Source of the DNA: Rebecca billardiae RCC1528
Taxonomy: Eukaryota; Protista; Haptophyta
DNA: 64,000 nt
Assembly: GCA_965240325.2 (NCBI GenBank)
Contig: OZ251236.1
Location: 1,798,001-1,862,000 of the forward strand
Reading direction: 5' to 3'
The translations under genes and the position numbers were made by a program. This document shows, piece after piece, positions 47,201-58,158 of this stretch (its first letter is position 1; each line of letters opens with the position of its first letter). The notes under the pieces are model-generated. The model had not been told where the DNA came from, made no database searches, and saw nothing but the letters and a program-made list of their open reading frames with translations.

Positions 47201-49709
47201 CCGCCCAGCCCACCGCCGAGCCCGCCACCATCACCGCCCCCGAGCCCACCGCCGAGCCCACCGCCAAGCCCTCCGCCCAGCCCACCTCCCAGCTCGCCAC
47301 CGAGCCCCCCACCGAGCCCGCCGCCGACTCCACCGCCAAGCCCTCCGCCATCGCCACCTCCCGGCCCGCCGCCGAGCCCATCGCCATTGCCGCCGCCATC
47401 GCCACCGCCAGGGCCGCCACCATCGCCGCCGCCGAGCGTGCCGCCGAGCCCGCCGCCGAGCCCGCCGCCGAGCCCGCCGCCGAGTTCGCCGCCGCCAAGC
47501 CCGCCGCCGTCTCCGCCGCCATCTCCGCCGCCGAGCCCGCCGCCGGCGCATCCGCTGCCACCGCCGTCCCCGCCGCCGCCGTCGCCGCCGCCGAGCCCGC
47601 CGCCGAGCCCGCCGCCGAGCCCGCCGCCGCCGCCGCGCGCAGAGCCGTTCCCGCCGCCGTCCCCGCCGTCAGCGCCGCCGTCGATGCCGCCGCCGTCCCC
47701 GCCGCTGCCGCCCTTCCCGCCGCCGCCGAGCCCGCCGCCGCCGCCACGCACCGAGCCGTTCCCGCCGCCGCCCGTGCCCAGCTCGCCCCCGGCCGCGCCC
47801 CCCTTGCCGCCGCCCACGCCGCCCCCGTCCACGCCGCCGCTGCCGCCGCGCGCGCCGCCGCCGCCGCCTTACCTCAGAGCGACGGTCGAGTCGGTCACGC
47901 CGCGCGGCGCGCCGCTCAACGGCAGCGACACGCTGCTCACGCTGCGCGGCGCGGGCTTCCTCGCGCTGCCGGGCAACGACAGCTGCGCGTTTGGCGCGCC
48001 GCCCGCGCCCGGCGCGCCCTTTGTGCGCCTCGCGTCCACAGCCGCCACGGTGCGCGCCGCGGACGAGGCGGAATGCGCGGTGCCGGCGCGCTCGGGGCAG
48101 CTGGCCGCGGGCGCGTTCGAGGTGCGCCTCGTCCTCGACGGCGGCGAGTACGTCGTGCCGCCGCTCTTCGACCCGCTGCGCGTGACGCTGTACGACGCGG
48201 CCGACGTGCGCGTCGAGTCGCTCGAGCCGGCCGCCGGGCCGGTGGGCGGCGGCACGGCGGTGACGCTGGCGGGCGCGGGCTTTGCCGAGTACGGCGAGGG
48301 CCAGCTGTGCTGCGTGCTGCCCGGCGTGGACGCGCGCGCGTGCGCGGCGCCGGCGACGCTGCTGCCCTCGATCGACGGCGCGAGCCGCGCGCGCTGCGTG
48401 CTGCCCGCCGCGCCGGGCGGCGGTGCGGGCGCGTTCGCCCTCGCCCTCTCGCTCGGCGCCGCGCGCGCGGGCAGCAGCTCGGCCACGACCCGCCTCTTCC
48501 ACTACTACGCACAGCCGCTCGTCCACGCGACCAACCCGTCGTCGGGCAACCCGGGGCTCTCCGTGATCGTGAGCGGCTCGGGCTTCGACGCCCTCCGCGC
48601 CGCCGGCCTGCTCGGCCTCATCCGCGTCGGCTTTGGCGCGGACGGCCCGCCGATCCCTCCGGTGGTGCTGGACGGTCGTGCGCTGCTCGTGCAGACGGCC
48701 GGCTCGGGCGCGGAGGGGCCGCAGCAGGTGCGGCTCGCGCTGAACGGGCAGCAGTTCGCGCCCGCGGCGGGGCTGCCCGAGGCCGAGGGCGGCGTGTACT
48801 TCACCGTGATCGGGCTGCACGCGCCCGCGCTGCTGCGCGCCGCCTTTGACGGCCGCGCGACTTCGCTGCTGCTCGAGTTTGACGGCCAGCCGACCGACCG
48901 CGCGGGCATGCCCTCGGGGCTGTCGGGCTGTGAGGCCGTGCTGGACAACGCGACGCTCGCGCTCGTGCGCGGCGCGCCCTCCGCGCCCGAGCCCGCGTGC
49001 TACTGGGCGCACGACTCCGCGCTCGTCGTGCAGCTCAACCCGCAGACCGCGCTCGCGCCCGGCGCGAGCGTGCGGCTGCGCGAGCGCGTGCTCGCGCCCG
49101 CCGCGTGCGCGCCCGCGTGCGACGCGTCGCTGCTCGGCGTGGGGCTGGCGGCGAGCATCGACGTGGACGCGCCGTGCGGCCCGAGCACGCCGTGCCCGAC
49201 GCCCGTCGCCGCGCTCAGCGCGCCCGCCGCCCTCTCGGCGTGCGCCAACGAGACGCTGCGCCTCGACGGCACCGCCTCCAGCGGCGGCGGCATCGTGCCG
49301 CTGGCCTTTGAGTGGCGCGTCGAGCGCTCGGCGACCACGGCGGAGGAGGCGGAGGTGGCGGCGGTGGAGGCGCAGCTGGCCGCGCTGCCCGCGCGCAGCC
49401 CCGTCGCCACGCTGCGCATGCCGCGCGGCGGCACCGCGTGGGGCTTCGCGCTGCGCGTCTCCTCCTTCCTCGGCGCCACCTCGGAGCCTTTCACGCACGT
49501 GGCGGCGCGCGCGGCCACGAGCGAGCTTCTGCTGGCGATCGATGGGCCCGCGCTGCGGCCGGCGTGGCCGTCGGAGGCGCTGGTGCTCGAGGCGTCGACG
49601 CAGCAGCCCGACGGCTGCGGCGGCGGCGAGCACGCGCCCGAGGGCGAGCTCGGCTTCGCGTGGCGCGTCGTCGCCGTCAGCGCCATCGCGAGCGGCGACG
49701 GCGACGGCG

Positions 49710-49744
<35 letters not shown>

Positions 49745-51205
49745 TCTGCGAGTGGCAGCGGCGCGCCGCTGCTGCCCGAGCTGAGCGGCGCGGCCTCGAA
49801 CGCGCTGGTGCTGCCGCCGTACTCGCTGAGCGCGCGGTACGCGTACGTGTTCGAGGTGCGCGCGACCGACCAGGGCGCGGGCGCGGGCGCGACCCCCGCC
49901 TCGGGCGCCGCGCGCGTCACCGTCGAGGTGGGCACGCTCCCGCTGCGCGCTCTGATCGCGGGCGGCGACCGCACGCTCGGCGCGCTCGAGCCCTTCCACG
50001 TCGACGCGTCCGCGTCGACGGACCCGAACGTGGCGGCGGGCGCGGCCGCGCTGCGCTTCGGGTGGAGCGCCGCGCGCGTGCTCACGGGCGACGAGGACCT
50101 CGACGCGCTCGAGCCCGCCGCCTCCCTCAACCTGACGGCGGCGGGCGCCGAGCCGTCCTCGGCCGTGCTGACGATCCGGGCACTCGCGCTGCCGCTCGGC
50201 CAGTACAGAGTGCGCGTGCGCGTGTGGAGCGCGGACTTTGCGGAGCCGGCGAGCGCGAGCGTGCGCGTGACGATCGTGGCGGGCGTGCTCCCCATCCTCA
50301 CCTTCGCGCCGCTGCCGCGCCCCAAGTACAGCCCCACCTTCGAGCTGCCCGAGCACAGGCTCGTGATCTCGACCTCGCTCGACGCCACGTCTGCGAGGCT
50401 CGAGGCGCGCGGCGTGCTCGCGTACAGCTACGCGTGGCGCGCGCTGCTCGTCGGCGCGGACGGCGCGCTGGCCGACGCGGGCGTCGAGCTGAGCGACACG
50501 GCGGCGGTGACGAGCACCGGCGCGTCGGGCCCCACGCTCGCCTTCCGCTCGGGCGCGCTGGCCGCGGGCGCGCTGTACGTGTTTGAGCTCACCGTCAGCG
50601 GCGGCGACGCGCCCGCGCTCGGCTCGGTGCGCGTGCAGATGAACCGCCCGCCGTACGGCGGCGGGCTGAGCGTGGAGCCCGACGTCGGGATCGCGCTGTT
50701 CACGCGCTTCGCCCTCGCCGCGTCGGGCTGGACCGACGACGCGGACGACCTGCCGCTGCAGTACGCGTTCGAGCACGCGCCCGCGGCCGCGGACGGGGGC
50801 TTTGCGCTGCCGCGCGCGGACGGCTCGGGCGGCTCGGCGAGCGTGCTGCGCACGCGCGGCCTCAGCCCGCACCTCTTCGACGTGCTGCTCACCGCGGGGA
50901 ACCGCTCGGTGCGCGTGGCGGTCGAGGACGCGTGGGCGGCGGCGGCGAGCGCGTACGCGCCCGTGCGCGTCGAGCCGCCGCTGCGCGAGCTGGGGTCGGA
51001 CGCACAGGCGGTGTACGCCTCTCTGCTCGCGCAGGCGCGCGGCGCGGTGCAGCGCGGGCACGCGCAGCTGGCGTACCAGCTGCTCGACGCGCTCGTCTGG
51101 CTCGTCACGGACGCGTACGGCGGCGGGCGCGGCGGCGGCGGCGGCGGCGGGGACGGCGGTGGCGGGGACGGCGGCGGCGACGGCGGCGGCGCCCTCGCGC
51201 AGCCC

Positions 51206-51242
<37 letters not shown>

Positions 51243-54200
51243 TGCTGGTGGCGGGCGCGCTGAGCGCGGCCGAGCTGGAGGAGGCGCGCGACGCGCTGCT
51301 CGAGATCAGCATCGGCGCGGCGGGCATCACGGCGCGCACGCCGTCGGGGCTGGCGCAGGCGATCGGCTCGCTCGCCTCCGTGCTGGACGCGCCCATCCGG
51401 CTGAGCGCGCGCGCGGCGGCGGACGTGCTGCAGCACGCGGCAACCCTCGCGCGCGAGGTGGCGAGCGTCGGCGCGGCGCGCGGCGCGGCGAGCGCGCTCG
51501 CGAGCGCGACCGACGGTGCGCTGAGCCGGGTGGTCGGGCTCTCGGCCGAGGCGGCGGCGGCGCTCGCCGACGCCGCCGCCGGCGCGATCGACGCGATCGG
51601 CGTCGCCGCGCTCGTCGGCTCCGTGGTGGGCGAGGCCGCGGTGCAGCTGCGCGGCGAGACGCTCAACGTGAGCGCAACGCGGCTGCGCGCGGACGAGCTC
51701 GCGGCCGGGCGGTGGATCCCGGCGGTGGGCGCGCACGGCGGGCTGCTCGTGCGCGCGGAGGTGCTCTCCTTCCTGCGCAACTACTCGCTCGCCACCGGCG
51801 TCGACGTGGTCCTCACCTCGGTCTCGCGCGACCTGCGCACGGCCGCGGCCGAGGCGGAGGGGGGCGCGCTCGCGGGCGGCGAGGGCGGCGCCGTCGAGGT
51901 GCTCACGCACGTCTTCACCGTCACGCTGCGCGCGGCGGGGGGCGCCGAGCTCGAGGTCGCGGGCCTGCCGCGGCCGCTGCTCATCGCCGTGCCGCCGCTC
52001 GACGGGCTCGTACCCGCCGCCGTGCGCGACGCGGCGGAGTGCCGCTTCTGGGCGGCGCGCGGCGGCGGCGGCGGCGGCGGCTGGAGCGCGGACGGCTGCG
52101 GAGTGGCGGAGACGCCGTCCGCGGCGGAGACGCTCGAGGGGGCGGGCGGCGCGGACGGGCTCTCGGCGCTGCCGATGCTCTTCTGCGCGTGCGACCACCT
52201 CACCGAGTTCGCGGGCCTCGGCGTGCGCCCCGAGCCGCCCGCGCCCGAGCAGCCCGAGGGACAGCGGGCGGCGCCCGTGGTGGCGGTGCTCGCGCCGCCG
52301 GCGCAGCAGCGCTCGGGCATCGAGCGCGTGGCGATTGCGGCGGCGGCGGCGCTGAGCGCGCACACGGTGCAGCGGGTGGTCTACCTGCTGGTCGCGATCA
52401 ACATGCTGCTGCTCGGCTTTGCCGCGCTCGCCGAGCGCCGCGCGCGCGCGCAGCACCGCCGCTGGTACCGCGTGCTGCGCGCGGCGACCGGCGCGGCGTC
52501 GGCGCCCGAGCGCGGCGGCGTGGGCGGCGCGGCGCTCGGCGAGCTCGAGCGGCGCGGGGCGGAGGCGCGGGAGGCGTACGAGAGGTCCAAGGAGCTGCTC
52601 GCCGAGCAGCTCGCGGAGGGCGCCGCGGCGCTCGCCAGCACCGTCCCCACCGTCCCCAGCCCGCGCTCACTCCGCCGGGGCGGCGCCTCGCCGTTTGCGG
52701 GGCGGCGCGCGGGCGGCTCGGCCTGGGCGGGGCGGCGCGCGGGCGGCGCGGGCGCGGACGTGGTCGTGCCCGTGCGCGCACACTGCCGGCCGGGCTCCGC
52801 CGAGGGCTTGCTCGCGCCGGCGGCGTTCGCGCCGCAGCTGCCGCGGCCGCCGCCGTCGCCGCCGCCGTCGCCGCCGGCACAGCCGCAGCCGCAGCCACAG
52901 CCGCAGCCGCACCCGTCGCGCGAGCGCGCGCGCGCGCGGCCGGCGGTCGGTCCGCGCGCCAGCGCCGCCCTCGCCTCCGCCTCCCTCGACGAGACGACGA
53001 GCAGCGGCGGCAGCGAGCACGACGACGACGAGGACGCGCGCAGCGAGGGCTCGGCGACGGGGCTGGTGGCGGTGCATCCGGAGGGGCGCGACGACGAGGA
53101 CGACGACGCACCGATGGGCGCACCGGCACCGCATCGCGCAACAGCCGTCGTCGCCGGCGCCGGCGCCGGCCGCGCGGACGGCAGCGCGCCGCAGGCGCGG
53201 GCGGGGCCGCAGGGGTCACAGCCGGGGTCGCAGCAGGGCGCGCTCCCCGCGTTCAGCTTTGCCGTCGACAGCGCCGCCGAGCGCCACGCGCGCTCCCCGC
53301 CCGCCTCGCCCTCGGCGCCCGACGGCGCGCGCGTGTGCGCGCGCCCGTGCTCTCGCGCGCTGTGCAGCGCTCTGTGCAGAGCTGCGCTGTCGCTGCTGTG
53401 CGCCGAGCACTCGGTGCTCTCCGCCGTGCTCATCCCCACCGACCAGCCGGCGCAGCGCGCGCTGCTGCTGCAGAGCGCGTGCTCCACGCTGCTCGCGCAG
53501 CTCGGCGTCGCCATCTGGCTGTACGGCGGTGGCGGCGGAGAGCCGCCACCGCCTGCGGACGGCCCGGCGCGCGGTCTGAGCGCGGGCGCGGCCGTGGGGG
53601 CCATGCTGGCGGCGGGCGGCGTGTGCCTGCTCGGCACGGCGGCGCTGCGCGCGGCGCTCGCGTCCGCTGCCGAGCCCGGCCGGCCGAGCGCGCGGCTGTA
53701 CGCCGCGCTGCGCTCCGCGGTGCAGCGCACGCACGGCGTCGAGCTCGAGCTGCTCTGGCGCTCGGCCGCGGACACGCAGCGCGTGGCGGCGCTGGTGGCG
53801 CCCACGCGCGCGTTTGCCCTCCGGCTCGAGGCGCTGGTGTTCGTGCTGCAGGCGCAGGGGGCGCAGGCGGCGCGACACACGCCGCGGCGCTCGCCGCGCG
53901 GCGCCGACGCGCCGGCGGCGCGGGCGAGGGCGCCGGCGGGCAGCGCGGGCGCCAGCCCCGCCTCCAGCGCGGGGCCGCGCCGCTCTCGCGCCGACGCGCC
54001 GCCCAGCCCTGGCGGTCGCGTGCGCACGGGCGCGCCGCAGAGCCCGCGCAGGGCGTGGGGCGCGCCGCCTCCCGCCGCGTCGGAGCGGGTGGTGCCCACG
54101 GCGCGGCAGCCGGCGCCGCGGCCGGGCGCGGACGAGGCGGCGGCGCCGCTGCCGCCGACGCCACTGCTGCCGCCGACGCCGCTGCTGCCGCCCTCGGCGC

Positions 54201-55333
54201 GGCCGCAGCACCCGCTGCTCGGGCGGCGCGCGTCGCTGCCCGCGCGCCCTGGCGCGCCGCCGCCGCCGCCGCCGCCGCCGCACGCGCACCCGACGGGGCG
54301 GCGCGCGTCGCTGCACCAGCGCCAGCTGCAGCTGCTGGCGGCAGACCCCGCCGGCGCGTGGGGCGCGGAGGGCGCGCCGCGCTGGGGCGCGGAGAGCGCC
54401 CGCCTCCGGCGCGTTGGCTCGATGCCCGAGCTGACAGTCCGGCCGGTCCTGCCGCCCTCGGGGCCGCGCGTGCACGCGAGCGCAAACGCGCCGCCGCCGC
54501 GCGCGTCCCCGGGCAGGCTCGCGGCCGTGACGCCCGAGCCGCCGCCCTCGCCGCCGCCCTCGCCGCCGGCCTCGGCGCCGCGCGAGCCGCCGCGCGAGCT
54601 GCAGGGCGCGCGGCGGCTCTCGAACGGCGCGCCCCTCCCCACGGTGAGCGCGGAGGCGAAGGCGGCCGCGCGCCGCGTGAGCGCGACCGCCGCGCGGCTG
54701 TCGCGCGCCGCCTCCTCCTCGAGGCGCGCGCGCGAGGTCTCGGCGCTGTGCACGCTGCTCGCCGCGTTCGCGCTCGACGCGGGCCCGAGCGAGTGGCTGG
54801 GCGCGCGCGTGCTCGGCGCGCTGATGACCGAGCTCGCAGACCCGCTCACCCCCTTCGAGCTGCGCGCGCTGCTGCGCACGTTTGACAGCGCGCACAGCGG
54901 GCGCGTGGCCGAGGCCGAGCTGGTCGGCTGGTACGCGTTGGGCTTCGAGGCGGAGCGGGGGCGAGCGGGCGGGTGGCGGCGGCGCGCCGCGGCGTGGGCG
55001 CCGCCGCCGCGCGCGCGCGCGCCGCTCTGCTGGGCGCTGCTGCTCGGCGGCACCGCCGGGCTCGCCGCCGGGCTGATCGCGGTCGGCGACCGAGTGCCGT
55101 CCGAGCGGCTCACGCCGATGCTCAACGCGTGGGGCGCGGCGCTCACGCTCGCGCTGTGCGTGCTCGAGCCCGCCGGCCTCGTGCTCGCGGGCTGGGCGCT
55201 GCCCGTCGCGCGCGGGCGCGCGCGCCGCCGCGTGGGCGCGCGCGCGCTCGGCGCGGCGGAGGCGGAGGCGGAGGCGGCGTCGCCAACGCCGGGCGGCCCG
55301 GCGCAGGCTCCGCGCTATCCAGAGCCCGCCTAG
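38232..55333 (+). CDS. Giant (~5,423 aa) polycystin-1/REJ-like cell-surface protein: signal peptide, 7 RCC1 repeats, (SPPP)n extensin rod, ~3 IPT/TIG, REJ, GPS, TM helices, EF-hand-like loop
   Basis: Exons 38232-38389, 38493-38672, 38808-39161, 39285-39620, 39815-39994 and 40270-55333 total 16,272 nt in frame. RCC1 motifs GxxHxCA...KCWG..GQLG. IPT motifs ESVTPRGAPLNG/EPAAGPVGGGTAVTLAGAGF. REJ motif NRPPYGG...GIALFTRF...GWTDDADDLPLQYAF. GPS motif CRFW...WSADGC...CACDHLTEFA. Confidence 0.85.
40378..47870 (+). repeat. Coding minisatellite: ~12-bp units encoding Ser-Pro3/Ser-Pro4 (~7.5 kb)
   Basis: Continuous in-frame SPPP repeats with synonymous variation. Confidence 0.98.
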
Positions 55334-55532
55334 TCCATCAGCGGGCGGCGGCCGCCAGCGCCACACGAGCGAGCTCTGTGCGGACGCTGCGGACGATGCT
55401 GATGCTACAGTATTATATAATAGACGATCGTCATATACATATATATATATCAGCAGCATCGCCACGGCATATATCGCCGCCGTCATATATCGTCGTATCA
55501 TCATATATATGTATATATATATGATGCGCGCA

Positions 55533-56561
55533 TCATCAGCATCGTCAGCATCGTCGTCAGCATGCACTACTGGGTCTGCGCCATCACTCATCAGCACCGG
55601 CATCGGCACCACCATCTGGCCCATCATCGTGGTGCTGCCGCCCTCCGCCTTGATGTTCACGTCGAAGAAGCAGCAGATGCGGTTCTGCTCGCCGAGCGAG
55701 ACCGACTTGCCGGACCCGATGACGATCCGCGGGTAGCCGTTGCCGCTGTTCGGCTGGATGTCCAGGCGCGAGAGCGAGCCGGCCGCCTTGATCATCGGCA
55801 GCCCATCCTTCATCGTGACGAGGTCGCTGGTGCCGCCGCCCTTGAGGGAGACGAGGCGTACGGTCGTCTGGCTCATGTCCCTCTCGGTCAGGGTGAAGGC
55901 CTCCGCCGGGTAGGTTGTTGAGCCTGGTCGAAGGTCCCGACGACCACGAAGACGGAGGCAGCTCGTTCATCGACGAGATGTGCGCGTGGCTGCCCATCGT
56001 CATGTTGGCCACCATGCCGACGAGTCCACCGAGGCGCGCAGCGTCAACAGGTGGAGGTGCGTCATACTCGTAGCCGGGCTTGAGCACGCGAATGCCAACG
56101 TGAGCGTGCAGCTTCTCTCTCTCCTGGTGCAGCGATTGGCTAGCGCACCGCGGGTTCTCTTCGATACACTTGCTCACCAACGCCTGCAGTTGGACTCGGC
56201 TTGCGACTGCCTCGGGGCTTGTGACGATCTTGCCGACAAGCTCCCCGACGCCGAGGAGGTCACCGTCGTCGCCATGCGGGCAGAGAGTAAACTTCAAGAA
56301 CGCGTGGCCGTTGACACCCCCCTGCCTGCGGCTGAGAAACCGCAGGTTCCAATCGTCGGCGCCCGCAAGGGCACGCTTCAAGTCGATGGGGATCGAGCGC
56401 TTCCTCCTGCGGTAGCAGCAGGGCTCATGCGGAGTCTCATTGAGCGAGACCCACAGCAGTGTTAAGCCGGCAGCGTCTTGATCTCCACGCTGGTCGTCCT
56501 CGCGCCAGTCCGTGTCCTTGTCGTCGGTGCAGTGAATGGGGTACGCGTACAGATGCGACAT
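55533..56561 (-). pseudogene. Unknown protein, frame-disrupted (pseudogene or unresolved intron)
   Basis: Two protein-like minus-strand segments in different frames (MSHLYAYPIHC... and ...AEAFTLTERDMSQTTVRLVSLKGG...ICCFFDV). No typical GTGCGC..GCAG intron joins them. Confidence 0.35.
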
Positions 56562-56729
56562 CGTCGGTCGCGGACGGGCCGGCCGGGTCGAAGTCGTCGC
56601 CGAATGTTGCTGGCGACCGGTTGTTTTGACCGCGCGGCCGAGGGCTGGGCGCGGATTTCGGAACCAGTCCGGGCCTGTCCGGGGCGCAGAGGTTGCGAGA
56701 AGTTGCGACCCAAGCTCACGAGCGACACG

Positions 56730-57502
56730 ATGGCTCCTCGTCGACGCGGCGTGCGCCTCATTACTGCCGCACTGCTCCTCGGCTGCGGGGTGCTGGCAGG
56801 TGGAGATCCGGTGGTGCGCAACGGAGACCACGCCCGTGCCGAGGCAGTCGGATACCTGCGACGAGCCCTCGCGTACGTCTCGGCCCTGGGCTCCTCGACG
56901 GGCGCAGCCGTGGACGCGGTGGGTAGCTCCATCGACCAGCTGCAGCACGAGGCGGACGCGGGCGCGTTCGAGCGGAAGGTCGCGCAAATCCACGTGGACA
57001 TTCAGGCGCTGGCGAGCAGATCGTCGCCCTCGCGCTCGACGACGAGCGCCGAGCAGTCCGCGGACGAGTCGGTGGGCGGGGAGCCGCCGCTGCTCACGTC
57101 GTTTGTCTCGTGGGCGCTCGACCGCCCGGTGCCGTGGGAGCGGGACTGCAGCTGTTGCTACCCGTTCTGCCCCGCGGACAGGTGGTGCATTAAGCAGGGG
57201 GACAAGCGCTTCCTCGCGTGCGCCGGCCTCTCCGTCCGCCAACACCTGCGCATCGCCTTTGCAGACCAGTGCGCGCACACCGCGCCATGCGCCGTGCGCC
57301 GTGCGCGTGCGCCAAGCTGCCGACCTCACGCGCGCGACCTGCCCTGCCCACCGTGTGCCGCAGCCCTCGCATCTCGCTGGTCCTCGTGGGCATCGTTGTG
57401 ATCGTCGTGCACCTCTCCTTCAGTGCGCCGGCAAGTGCGCCGAGTGAGCGGCCACGTCGAGCCAAGGCCAGCTCTGCCAAGCAGAAGGCCAAGGCCTCCT
57501 GA
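56730..57502 (+). CDS. Small type-I membrane protein with Cys cluster and C-terminal KxKxx motif; 1 intron (57269-57363)
   Basis: Signal peptide, CSCCYPFC...WC. Splicing yields DHPRISLVLVGIVVIVVHLSF...KQKAKAS*. Confidence 0.7.
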
Positions 57503-58158
57503 TGATGACCGACGACACAGAATACAGTACAGATGGATGAGACGGGCATCATCATCATGGCCGCCGCTGGGCTCCGTCCGCCTCCAGCCTGTGCCATACT
57601 GCCAGCGCATGTTCAGGGCCAGCGGGCAGCCGTGGTCCGCTGAATAATATATATATAGTAGCAGCCTATATGCGCAGCATATCATCATCGTCATCGATCG
57701 ATCGTCATGCGTGCGCATATCATCATCATATCAGCAGACTCGTCGAGCTGCGTACGGTAGTACAGGCTGACGAGTATACTACGGTCGATCGTAGCTATTC
57801 CTGTACGAATATACGCGGTACGACGTATACGGGTATAGTGGGCGGCGCGCACGCACTGACGGTCTCGGCTGCGCGCGCGGGAGGTCGGACCCGCGGGACC
57901 GCCGGTCGCCGGAGCAGCAGGGCACGCTTTGACTTGGCACAGCTGATGTCGTGATATATATATGCCTGACGATGATGATGATGGCGAGGCTGATCGGGGT
58001 GCCGGGCCGTCTGGTTCCCGAGCCTGCGTGTGATGCCGATGCGCCGCTGCCCGACGCCCATCAGCATGCTCGGCGCTGGGCTCGCTGTGCACTTCGCTCT
58101 TCATGTCATTGCCACAGCGGTGAGTAGTGGTTGGAACAGCCGCCAGTATTCGTCGTAG

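Noticed and set aside
39988-47832. 2,614-aa Gly-rich minus-strand ORF and other giant Ala/Arg-rich overlapping ORFs
   Set aside because: Antisense or off-frame shadows of the (SPPP)n repeat; stop codons are absent for compositional reasons.
5949-57363. Introner-type transposon origin for the introns
   Set aside because: Ends are similar, but bodies share no alignable sequence by eye beyond CG-rich low complexity, and no consistent TSDs were seen.
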